Shown: piece by piece, positions 1 to 11,600 of the stretch
Numbering within the stretch: the first letter of the stretch is position 1
How the letters are laid out: each line of letters opens with the position of its first letter
NCBI RefSeq assembly: GCF_964204645.1
Contig: NC_134028.1
Location: 806,001 to 870,000, forward strand
DNA length: 64,000 nt
Source of the DNA: Tubulanus polymorphus
Lineage: Eukaryota > Animalia > Nemertea
Reading direction: 5' to 3'
Notes under the pieces: model-generated
The model's database searches: none
The model's input: the letters and a program-made list of their open reading frames with translations, nothing else
What the model was told of the DNA's origin: nothing
Made by a program: the position numbers and the translations under genes

Positions 1-200
1 GATTACAGCATGGATACAGCTTGGATACAGCTTGGATACAGGATGGATACAGCTTGGATACAGCATGGATACAGCTTGGATACAGCATGAATACAGCATA
101 ATACAGGATGGATACAGGATGGATTACAGCATGGATATAGCATGGATACAGTATGGATACAGTATGGATACAGGATGGATACAGTATGGATTACAGCATG
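1..200. repeat. ~10-bp tandem repeat (GGATACAGCA/GGATACAGCTT variants), intronic
   Basis: About 19 imperfect copies are directly visible. Confidence 0.95.
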
Positions 201-260
201 AATAAAACTATGAATCTAGAAATATGAATCTAAAATCATCAGTAATTGTATGTCACTTAC

Positions 261-3200
261 TGGCTTGAGTCAGAGTAGACAGCTTTAAACGCGGTTACAA
301 TAAGACCGAGACCTGATTTATCCAGATACGGCGAAGTCCACATCGTTTCATTCAGAATTCCTGAACTATCGACTAAATATTCAAAATAGTTTGACATCTG
401 TTTAATGACGTCATTATCATGTTTAGTGACCGGTATAAATAAACCACCTCCGGAACAAGCCAGTTCACTGAGTAGAGCAATGTTTTGAGCATTAGTCAGG
501 AAGGTGAATACTTTTATCTGAAACACATAATAAAGATGCATGATTAGATGAGTGCAATGTGTGAAACAGTAGCCGTATAGTTTATTAGATACTTACATCA
601 TCTTTAATCACTCGATGATTTTCATGAACAAGTTTTAGAAGTTGTTTATATCTATAACGACAAACTTCACCCGGGACGTATCTACGTCTGCTGTGACCGT
701 CGTAACGATGGTAACCTAGACAATGACAACAATACCACAATAAAACGTACGGGTATGTCACTAAAGCAGTCAATAGCACTGGAATTTGTGACGGTGTATA
801 GTTTTTAAGTAGCTCATTTAGAGAACTTGGTAGCCCAGCCCGGTAGTCTGACCCGGCAGCCCAGCCCGGTAGTCTGACCCGGCAGCCCAGCCCAGACTCC
901 TGGCCCTAAGCGGTACCATACCTGGATCACATCTCTGTAAACCATCAGAATCATCACCATCTCCAACAAATAATATCAACATCAACTGTTGCTGCTGACA
1001 ACCAGATTTCTGTTGTTTGTGTAACAGTTTATAAGCCATTTTAAACGCAGCCCTTGAGTAAAAATAAAGAAAAACATTCAATTAATTTCTGTACAACACG
1101 TACTCATGTCCCTACGGAAGTTAACTTAACCATCCGGACCCATAGTCCCACAGTTGTGAGTTAAGATTTGACTCAGAGTTAACTCTAACTCATCTATCAA
1201 CTGGCTTACTTAAACCGACTTTATATCAACTGACCCCTGATGGAGTGTACACGGTACTCACAGATGATCAGATCCACCCTTAGCTTCAATTGAATTAATT
1301 CTTGAAAGTAAATCTCTCCGATGACTCGACGTCGCGGACAGCATTCGATGACCTTGACAACTGAGCACTTCCGGGTCATGGTCAACTTTTCCCCCACTCG
1401 TCTTGTAATAAAATGACCTTGACACGATGACGCTGACTAAATCTGACTTCGTTAAAGTTTCAATGAGCGCACTGGCAATTTTCTTCATACGAGAAAGTCT
1501 GAAATTAATCATATAACAATTCAACTCCGTGGTGGTAGACAGGGATCCACTGTGGTGGTTGATACTATATTCATTCACTATCAATTGTGACAAGTGATAG
1601 ATCCAGTCCTGTGATACCGGTAGATAGACCCAGTCCAGTTGATTCAGTCTAGTCCAGTGTTAAGGGTAGCGGTAGTCTGATCAGACAACCTTTTATGGGC
1701 TATTATAACCCAATAATATCAGACAGGTTAACAGTTGTTGTTTTAGGGACAACAGCTTTAGTTCCTGGTGATCAAGTCCCCTTCTAATAGTGAGGGGATG
1801 ATACCTAGTAAGATAAGGGATAATAATAGATGGTTTTAGATACTAGTTGCGCATTGCTTACCCATTGTTATATGACATAGAAAAACTTCCATCTAAAATG
1901 ATGACTAAATTCTTTGGTCCCGAAGTGGCGGACACATACCACGGTCTTGTACGGGGGTCGAAATCTTCTTTAAAACCGATGAAATTATTCTGCCATTCTC
2001 TACCGGGGTATTGTCTACTAACACCAGTTACTGAACCAAAATACTGCCATCTAACAACAAGAATCAGAGATCAGCTGATAAGTTACAAAAGACAAGTTAC
2101 AAAAGTTCAGTTGAAATACTATTTATTGGAATGGGGATATTTGTGTTCAGTGCTTGAATCATCAGTATCTGCTCTTCTGATTACATCATTTTATGGAAAA
2201 ATTGAAAGCTTAATTATTTTTTCTGGAATCAAATTATGGTAATAAGGAGAGGTATGGAAGAGGCTGTAGTGGATGAGGTGATAAAGTGGATGCAGTGCAG
2301 ACTGCTCACTTGACTGAGAATAAATCAATTCAATTACTTTATGAGCATAGAATGGATCAATACATTTACATAATCAATAACTACTGATGATTGAATCAAT
2401 AAATAGATGTTTATACAGTGAGATATAGTATCTAACTGACTGATTGTGAGTGTGCAGTGTATCAATCAGCTTCATACACTATATAGGCCGAGCAGTTGCA
2501 GTGTGTGTGGAGGGAGGGGGGTATCTGTTAAAATCCTATAAGTGCCTACATTTCTGGTCGCCTAAGATGTGATTCATCATTAGGAAAAAAGGCAACAACA
2601 ATCAGTTGATTTGGGTACTCAAAATCAATATTTTTCTATAAATCTATCGTTAGTGAAATACTATCTTATTGTTCTGAGTTTAAGTGTAAGTTTGTTTGAT
2701 CATGTTATTGTCTTCACTATGATACAATATAAGGTTGATAGGGTATGATTTGACAGTCACCTCGCCCGACTGGTGACTAATTAGCTGTAGCCTATTGACT
2801 GAGTAACTGTAGTCACCACACCTGAGTGGTCACCAAGGCACACAGGTCAACCCTAAGCAGACAAACTTCCCGAGTCAGTCACCAGAGCTCAGTGGTCTAG
2901 GGGTTTGGACAGTGGACTGGCAAGTAAGGGACCCAGGTTCAAATCCCAGAGGGGCTGAAGGGTTAGCATTAGCGATGACCTAGGGTTAGGGTTAGCAATG
3001 ACCTGGGGTTATTTTGACTGATCCTTTGGTCCAGATGACACCAGTTTGGCATAAAATTTTGAATTTTTTGATTTTGTAAATTCCTAGCAATGGACTGCTG
3101 ATATTTGACCGAGATAGCACATGGACTCTTCAACTGGTTCAAAGTGTATTTATGATCTGATCCCAGTGATCGAGAGACGTCTGTCTGTATCCATCCAATC

Positions 3201-5942
3201 CAATAGCAGACCAGAAAATATAATCTCACAGGAAAAACAGAATATTGATATCTTACACAAACACGACGAGATTTATTCATTTATCTCAATACAACGTAGA
3301 ATATCAGAGAGCCTAGTATAGTGTACATACATAGAAACACACTCTACACACTTAGAACTCGGATTTTCAATAAGTCTGTTTATGATTAATGGTAGCGTTT
3401 AAATGAGTTATAAATGAACTCTTAAATGTGCAGAGATAAAAACCATTTCATCAACACTCAGTCAAACAGAGTTATCAATATCAATTATAGTTCTTATATT
3501 AATTATAGTTATAATATTTAATGTATTTAATAAAAGATGATATTATTATAGTAAAAACATTAGCCGCAGTAAACTGTACCGACTACAGGTACCGGTATAT
3601 CAGACTCACATGAGAGTAATGGACTATGTTATAGCAGGTACTGGTATATCAGACTCACATGAGAGTTATGGACTACTGGTATATCTAACACAAAACCCTC
3701 ACAAAAACATTCTATGATTTATAATGAATTAAATGCAAAAAGCTAAAACTCCTCAAATGCTGTAACTCAAAATCTCCATCAGTCACTCATTCAACAGCTA
3801 AAAGCTTTCTATAGCTGTTTTTATAAGTAGGGGTCATTCATTTATTACGTACGCATTAGGGGAGGGGGAGGGGGTCAGTGCAATTGCGTACTGTAATGCT
3901 TAATGTATATGAAAAAATGTCCGATTTTGCGTACAGAGGGGGAGGGGAGTTGAAAAATTCAAATTTTATGCACACGTAACAAATGAATGATCCCGTAATC
4001 GATATAAATGCTGTAAGCCACAACAAAACAATCAGATGTTAGTTGAATGTAAGTTATGATCTGTGAATGAATTCAATGAGTTTTAAACTCACTGTAACAG
4101 TGTTAAGCCGATGGATTCAATGAGTTTTAAGCTCACCTGATGTCGTTGTTTATTTGTATATTTGATTGGAAAGTTTTATCTAATTTTGACGTCCAGTTGA
4201 CAGTGTTTATCACATAAGGGTCCGAGCGACTAACATCATCAGGAATCTTAACAGAGCTTGAATTCCACATAACAGGCCAACGAAACTTACTGAAAATACA
4301 ACATGTCAATGAAAAATAACTAATCATTTAATAAAGAGTTGTTCAAAATAAAGTTACAGTTTAACTTGTGTTGAATTATCATTTCAATAAGTTGTCACAC
4401 TGACACTGAAGGTTATTTTGAGTCTCGATCTGTATTTCTAATTCAATTTACTTAATGTAAGTCATTTTGAGGTCCTCACCTCAATGACTGTCACAACTAT
4501 ACGACTTAAGCACTTGTTTGATTGTGGTACAAGCCCCCAGCCTGTAAGGAGTAATGTATTACTCATTACAGGCTGGGACTCAAAATGGGTACTCCAGACC
4601 AGCTGGGTTCTTAGAGGTCACTTACTCGTTTGATTGAAGCCATCCTCGAGGAAATGCTAAAGAATCATCGGCATCAATGAATACATGTTGAGGTAAATTT
4701 TTTAATGACGATTGTTGATGATCAGTAAGTTCTGTAGAATGTATACGTTTTACTGCTTCACTCAATTCATCTACAGCTTTTAACTGACCCTTAAAAAAAT
4801 TCTCTGAAACAAACAACAAACAAACAGTGATTAGAATACAATCGATTAAACAAGTTTTATCGAATTCAATTTAGTCTTAAATTACATATAGATATATAGC
4901 ATGGATAGAGTTAAAAGACTTAAAATCAAGTCTTGAAATAACTTCTTTAGAATAAGCTACAACTATCAGATATTCTAAGATACGAACCTAGTTTAGTTTG
5001 AATATCGTGAATGACTCGTGAAGCGTTTTTAAAACGACTGAAATATTTCGCCTCAGAATAAACCGACTGAATCTGATCGTCGAACATCGTCGATTCAGAG
5101 ACAGACGTCAGGTCACGTGATATCTCTTTTGACCAATCAGAGACGTTTATACTCGACGCATGAACCGGTGAAAATAGAGACAGTAAAATGATCACAAAGA
5201 ATACGAGCTCCGCGACACTTCCTCGTACGCCCCATCCTCGTCCACTGCTGCTTGATCGACCATTTTCATTATTGCGTTTCGTGAATTGTTTTAAAGTCAT
5301 TGTTGGCGTTGTATCCACGGAGATGAGAGCGATACAGATTGATATAACGATGATTTCGATGGATAAGTTGTACCCGCTACGAGCCGAACCGTTATAAACA
5401 TCCTCCATCTGATGATTAAAACATCTCTTATCATTACCGACCTCGAAACGTCGACTCTCGCAGAATTTACGTCCGTTGTCGTAGAGATCGCGGATTACCG
5501 AACCTTTCAAGATGGCCGACTTACAGACGTTATAGAACGCGTCGCAGAACGGTTCACAGACCGTCAGACGCTCGCGACGATAGAATTTATTCTGATCCGG
5601 AGCGCAGATATAACACATGAGATAGTTTAAATACCTCAGACACGCGGGAGACGCACCTTGTAGAGGTTTCACTTTCACAAACGTCGAGTCTATTTCACGT
5701 TGTAAACAGCAGCTATTCGCGCGGAACCACGTACAGTTTTTTAACTCCGGTTGAGGAGTCGGAGCTCGATTGTTAAAGAATGAACACCACTGGTCGGATT
5801 TAGATTTTTTGGCGGCTGAAGCCGGAATAACGGAATATTGAGTGATTTTGTCTCCTCTCATCGGAGTCAAACTGATGAGGATTGCTATGAGTAATACAGG
5901 ACACCAGGATAACATCACTACAGACCCGGACCAACCCATCAT
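261..5942 (-). CDS. VWA/Cache-domain protein (alpha2delta / CACHD1-like) with an N-terminal folate-receptor-type domain; multi-exon, 3' end lies beyond the window start
   Basis: Exons join in frame at GT-AG sites: 5942-4988, 4803-4626, 4289-4137, 2050-1862, 1498-1262, 1052-922, 715-597, 517-261. The spliced protein has the alpha2delta/CACHD1 hallmarks WQYFGSVTGVSRQYPGREW, DFDPRTRPWYVSATSGPKNLVIILDGSFSM (VWA start, DxSxS), ILFVGDG and WTSPYLDKSGLGLIVTA (Cache). The first coding exon has a Cys pattern (C..NCTWFRANSCC..C..LMCYICAP..VCEPFCDAFYNVC..FC..C) of the folate receptor/riboflavin-binding/HHIP-N type. Confidence 0.85.
1133..1205. mobile_element. MITE family B, partial copy
   Basis: Shares CACAGTTGTGAGTTAAGATTTGACTCAGAGTTAAC with the intact copy at 17827-17917. 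Confidence 0.7.
2886..3010 (+). mobile_element. tRNA-derived SINE-like element with TTAGGG-like tail
   Basis: AGCTCAGTGGTCTAG (A-box-like) ... GACCCAGGTTCAAATCC (B-box), followed by CTAGGGTTAGGGTTAG. Related to 51905-52020 on the minus strand. Confidence 0.55.
3828..3997. mobile_element. MITE (non-autonomous DNA transposon), ~170 bp
   Basis: Terminal inverted repeats TAGGGGTCATTCATTT ... AAATGAATGATCCCGTA, internal GGGGGAGGGG blocks, no ORF. Confidence 0.75.
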
Positions 5943-5990
5943 CTCTCTCTCTCTCTTCTCTCTCTCTCTCTACGTCTCTCACTAATCTCT
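5943..5990. repeat. (GA)n microsatellite directly upstream of the gene 1 start codon
   Basis: CT dinucleotide run on the + strand that abuts the ATG at 5942. Confidence 0.85.
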
Positions 5991-6489
5991 TCTTATCCGT
6001 AACTTAGAATATTCCTACTACCTGTAAAAACATAAAAAACTCTAGAGACTACAGTCCGCGCCTAAGTGTAAAAACCCTTTATTTCTTTATCTTGACCTGT
6101 TATAGTGTTTCTATTGCTTATCACTAGTTTTATTTTGGGATTGGCAATAACATTAGTCATAATCACATAAACAATGAACACTAAATACCGGGTTGGGCTA
6201 GGGTTGTTAATAAACAAGTGTGATGAGGCTCCCCAACCCACAGTCACCAATCAATAAATAATAATGCTGGATGGAATGGATGATAAGGTGTCAGGTGATG
6301 CTGGCTCTGGCTGCTGCTGCTGCTGGGGCCGGGGGTTTTATTTGGTCTCCTTACCTAAATTGTCTTGCGCTGAAAACCTGTCCATCATTTAGATATCAGT
6401 CTCAACCCGTGTAGAATATCGGATACATTCAAATAAATACTGGAGAATTCTCTGTATCATCAGCTGTCAAAATCACAATACACTGACCG

Positions 6490-6577
6490 ACGACTTCATC
6501 ACTTCCGGGTTTGCGTAATACGCATGCGCAATACGCGCCGGAAGTAAACAGACAGCGAGGGGAACCCGGAAGTAAAA
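6490..6577. promoter_or_regulatory. Bidirectional promoter shared by gene 1 (-) and TMEM220 (+)
   Basis: CpG-rich patch with three ETS/GABP sites (ACTTCCGG at 6501, CCGGAAGT at 6538 and 6566) and an NRF1-like ACGCATGCGCA (~6520-6530). It lies between a minus-strand 5'UTR exon (donor ~6355, acceptor ~6022) and the TMEM220 ATG at 6578. Confidence 0.7.
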
Positions 6578-8606
6578 ATGACAGGTCGGTTAACAGTGTG
6601 ATTATCAGCAGGGGTTTTATTGAAACGGAGTCGAGGAATGAGTTAGCGAACACAGTAGTGTGTACAGCTAGCTTTATCAGTCAGTGATACAGGGGGAGGA
6701 GAGGGGAGGGAGGGGGAGAGGGGGCTAGCAGTGTCAGTGACGACAAGTCAGTTTGACAATTCAATTCAATTATCAATCTAGCAAAAAGTAAAGGCTTGAA
6801 GGAGGCTATGGTGTAGGGATGTTGTCAGGTTTATACCCACCAATCAGCAGCCAGTTTACCCTCACACAGGCTCAGACTGTCCCACTGATGGGTGGCAAGT
6901 TTAAATCCACTGTCACGTTATCGGGTTATTTTGGGGGCCAACCGGCAGCATGAAATTGAAGGGTTAATATGAATTATAATTGCAGATACCGCGAGAACGA
7001 CTCCGAGTCAGGAATATTCATATTACCCATTATCAACATCGGAGAATGATCCACATTCCGGTTCCACCGTTCCACGTGTGGATGACAGCAAATGGAAATG
7101 GATTTGGAGAGCTACTAATTTATTGATGTCGATATTTTTTGTACTGGCGGCTTACGTTCAGATCAACGATCCTGATCCATATATCTGGATTCCTGTCTAT
7201 CTGATACCGGCTTTATTTACATTATCAATTACAATCACACCTAAAATAACAGGTACGGCTATAACAGAGAAACATTATCATTGTTGTGAGAATTCCATCA
7301 ATAATTGAGGGAATTATTATCTCATGTGGGATTTCTCTTGTATATTCATGTTGACTGAAATTCATATTTAGCCTAACAGATAGTCTATTGACAGGAAACC
7401 AGGGTCCTCACAGATCAGGGAAAATTGGGAAATTCGGATTCTTTTCATCAAACTTGTTCTTACTGGTGACAGAAATAGCTCCCTCTCTGAGGATATCTCG
7501 TAATCTAATCAGGGAATTTCTGATCCCTGCTATACCATACATTCATACACCTTCAAGTACAGTAAAACAGGACATTATTTGATTATTTTGTAGATAATAA
7601 AGTTTGGAAGGTTGCTATAATAATTCATATAGCTATCAGTATTGCGGGAGCGATGTATTTATTAGCTGTAGTCATCGAAATGTTGAGTTTAAATCTATCG
7701 AATCCACTTCAACACGAAGAAGGAAGGTAAACTAATTATATTCAACATTTTTGCACAAATGATTTTAGATGATTTTAAATGTTTGATTATGATGCAGATT
7801 TTGAGCCTGGTTGGCTGTATGTTAGTTTCTTAACTATGCAGAGTTTTGAATTGTTTCTTCATCTTATTTCAGAGAATTATCAGGACTTGTGATTGTAATT
7901 ATCTGGCTGACGCTCTGTCGATTTTCTCCACTTGGAAGGTAACTTTTCAGGCACTGTTTCATAAACATAGATAATAAGTAGCTCTGCCACTTTGAACCCA
8001 ATTCTGAAGTTGTGAGTTAAGATTTGACTCATGTTTTAAACTCTATAATCAAACTTACTTCAAAGACATTTATGGGTCCTGATATACAATGTTTAATGAA
8101 GATACTTTGGTTAGATTTACCAGAGAGCCATGCATGGTTCTATGATTGTATTTGTTTTGTATTTCAGTAATGAACCAGGTCATGGTTCTATGATTGTATT
8201 TGTTTTGTATTTCAGTAATGAACCAGGTCATGGTTTTATGATTGTATTTGTTTTGTATTTCAGTAATGAACCAGGTCATGGTTCCATGATTGTATTTGTT
8301 TTGTATTTCAGTAATGAACCAGCTCGTGGTTCTATGATTGTATTTGTTTTGTATTTCAGTAATGAACCAGGTCGTGGTTCTATGATTGTATTTGTTTTGT
8401 ATTTCAGTAATGAACCAGGTCATGGTTCCATGATTGTATTTGTTTTGTATTTCAGTAATGAACCAGGTCGTGGTTCTATGAATGCGTTGATTTTACTCAC
8501 CGGCACGCTCGGTACTATCCCGCTGATTTTCTGGTCGCTATGTTTTATCAGTGATTGGCATAAGAGAATTGGACATTGTAAAGACATGTTTCCTGATTGG
8601 AAATGA
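6578..8606 (+). CDS. TMEM220: Transmembrane protein 220
   Basis: Exons 6578-6584, 6986-7252, 7594-7726, 7873-7938 and 8456-8606 splice in frame. The motifs FFVLAAYVQINDPDPYIWIPVYLIP, EEGRELSGLVIV and the C-terminal HCK are typical of TMEM220. Confidence 0.88.
8133..8480. repeat. 48-bp tandem repeat (x7) containing the last TMEM220 splice acceptor
   Basis: Unit CATGGTTCTATGATTGTATTTGTTTTGTATTTCAGTAATGAACCAGGT; ATTTCAG starts at 8161, 8209, 8257, 8305, 8353, 8401 and 8449. Confidence 0.97.
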
Positions 8607-11600
8607 AGGCTGTAATCATTGGTTGAACGTTTGCTGCGAATGTTTGAATGCTTTCTCAATTCAGATATTTGAACGTTAGGAACTCATTTAAAGAAATCCA
8701 TGTCATCAACAGATTTAACTAATATTATCAATAGATATTCTTTAAAAAAACATTGATATTCATTTATTTTTTTATATCGATTGAAACGTGTTATTAATGA
8801 TAGTATCTAGTAGTAAAACCGTAGTCAGTATTCGTGTATTTCCAAGTAAAATAGAATTCATTCAAATCATAAATATTTTTACCCAGTTGTCAAAATACTA
8901 GAAGATACCGCTTTAAAAGAGTCTATCACTGTACGTCTTAATACAGCTTTAAGTAGCGCTTCATTTAAAACCAAATCAAAATCTAACCCTCCTGATCTGT
9001 TAAAATCATATGAACGTTCAGAAAGCCAAAAAAAACTTTGCATTTAGTATAGATATTGGTGTGTGGAGGGAGCGAAGCACTTAAATATCACATGCATATT
9101 GATAGAATTGATGATAAGAAGAAACGTTTAGATTTATGTAGAAGTTACACCCGTGATCATGAATAGAACAAACTGATTTATGATTGTGAGTTTGATTCCT
9201 ACGTAGATCAACCGTAGTCTAATACAATCTCGATAATATATATATATATATATTTATATTTGATTAAAGATCTAATTGTATTCCTCCTCTCTGGTTCCAA
9301 CTAGGTCCATTTTTTTAGCTTCCCTTATACCGGTATATGATATGCATTAAATATGAATTAGAAATCTTAGAAAATCTTTATCGTTTTCCTGCAGCGAACT
9401 CTTCATATTAAACGGTTGTCTGGTTATTAGAAATTACTAACGTTTTAGATGTAACTCTGAAGTCAATTTCATGATTTTCTTTGTGGTGTTTTGCTAAAAA
9501 TCAAAGCGTTCTAATTAACTTTCTTACTTCGAATCAATCAAATGTAAAGATTTTTGATCAAAAAGCTTCCATAAAATTCCTAAATTTGTACAACTATTAC
9601 AGTAATTGTAGTCGGCCATTATCTGATGTTTTGTTATGTTTATATATAGGTTTATGTGATTATGTGCCATTTGTAAAGTTCTAACTCTGTATATTTATGT
9701 AATATAATAACTGTATGTACCAAAAATCTGCTCAACATGAATTGTGACATAATGCACTGGCGGCAAGTCCACATAGCCTCACATACCTGTGGTTGACGAT
9801 GGACTAACCCCAGCTGTTAACCCTAACCCTAGGGTTAGTGTGAACTGACCCTAGGTACCTAACCCTAGGATTAGAATCAACTAACCCTAGCTGTCAACCC
9901 TAGAGGTAGAATGGAATAGCCCTAAGGTCAGCAGACCAAACACAAAAATGTTGGTCATATTAACAGTTTGAGTAATTATAAACCCAGAGGAGACACAAAT
10001 GTTGAGCAGACTTTTTGGCATGATATGAACATGTCTATCGATTATTGAAGTCTTATTGAAAAACTTGCATCCAATATGTAGAAATACAGGACAAATCAGA
10101 GAAAACTGAAATAAATGTAATTATTATTCGGGTAATTCATTAAATATGCAAGATTTGTGAACAGTTGCAACGAAAACTAATTAATTGTGTGGGTATCCTG
10201 AGCTTTACCCAATATAATGAAGGTACATTGGAAATGTTGGAACTAATCACAATAGAAGCTGATGAGGGTTTGGTACTTATCCATTTCTGTGCCTTGTCTC
10301 TGTTGTAGTTGTATGAACTTGTATTATTTTGTATATAAATAAGTACTACATGAACCACACACGTGCATACAAACATACATTCTAGTCATCCTGTAGAAAT
10401 TGTATAATGTAAAGACTTCCCTTCCGACAAAAACTGATGAGAAATTTAACCAAAATTGAAATAAGATAATGACCCGAGTGGGCGGAGTCTACTGTCTGTT
10501 AAAGGCGGAGTCTACTGCTGTCAGTTGCCATTCAGTCATTTAAATAAGTATATGCATTTTTTGTTTAAACAGTTTTAAATACAACTGTAACATTGATTGA
10601 TTGATTGATTGATTGATTTTCTTGAATTATTGATGATTTTGTGGTGAGAAATTATTATTATAATCAGATAGTGTTTTATCCACTTGTGATTCTCTTTTTG
10701 ATATTTCATATTGAAATAAATTATATTTTTTCCATAGAATTTGCCGCCTTTTAGTTTTATTTTGTGTTTTGAGTGGAAGCTGGGTCATAATGGCGGTGGC
10801 GTATGCGATATCACATGACACTTGATGTATGAAGTAGGCCTACATCCTCCGCATGGTCTGTTTAGTAGTAAGGCAGCATAGAAAGCACTGAGACATTGAA
10901 ACTGCTGATTTGTCAAACATCACGATATATAAAGACTGACCCTGATTAAATACTTATATATCCAACCAAAATCGGATTAGTTGTGTTACACACAATTGCC
11001 CAGAAATGATAAATGCTTGGCTTTTGATTATTTGTTCAACACTGACTATCTACGATGAATGCTTTCAGATAAAAGATAAGTTTTTGTGAAAAATTATCAC
11101 AATTTGAGGCCATAACAATTTTTTCCAAAAGTAGCACTTAGTGGACTTGCTACATACCATGATCTGACACCATGCGGGTCAATTAATCAATCTGGGTCAA
11201 GTTCCAAAAACCCAATCATTCAAAAAAGTAAGCAAAATTCAATATAGTTGTTTAATATTAAAGTACATGTACATAGCTTTCGGATTGATCAGTTTTTAAA
11301 ACTGATTGCATAATAATCAATAATTCAAACTGTAACTGTTTTAATTGTTAAACGCATCGAAGCTGCTGAATATCATCCGAGACAAGAAGAGCTCGGACAA
11401 CAACTGACCGTCCAATAGTTCACAAGTCACTGGTACAGACACTAAAGTTAAGCCTTATGCACAAACATATAATCAGTTGAAATTGCTTAGCTATTTTAAT
11501 CAAGTGCACTGCGCACGTTAGGCTCTGACTCAAAATCTTAATTACAAACCTGAGAACAATTCACGCTTATCATACACAATCCCACACTTAGGAAGAAAAC

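Noticed and set aside
1847-2242. 131-aa plus-strand ORF, and similar antisense ORFs at 5188-5630, 13834-14121, 42819-45551 and 47884-48377
   Set aside because: They are shadows of well-supported minus-strand exons.
8070-8423. Minus-strand 117-aa repeat ORF
   Set aside because: It is the antisense reading of the 48-bp repeat; no promoter or splice support.
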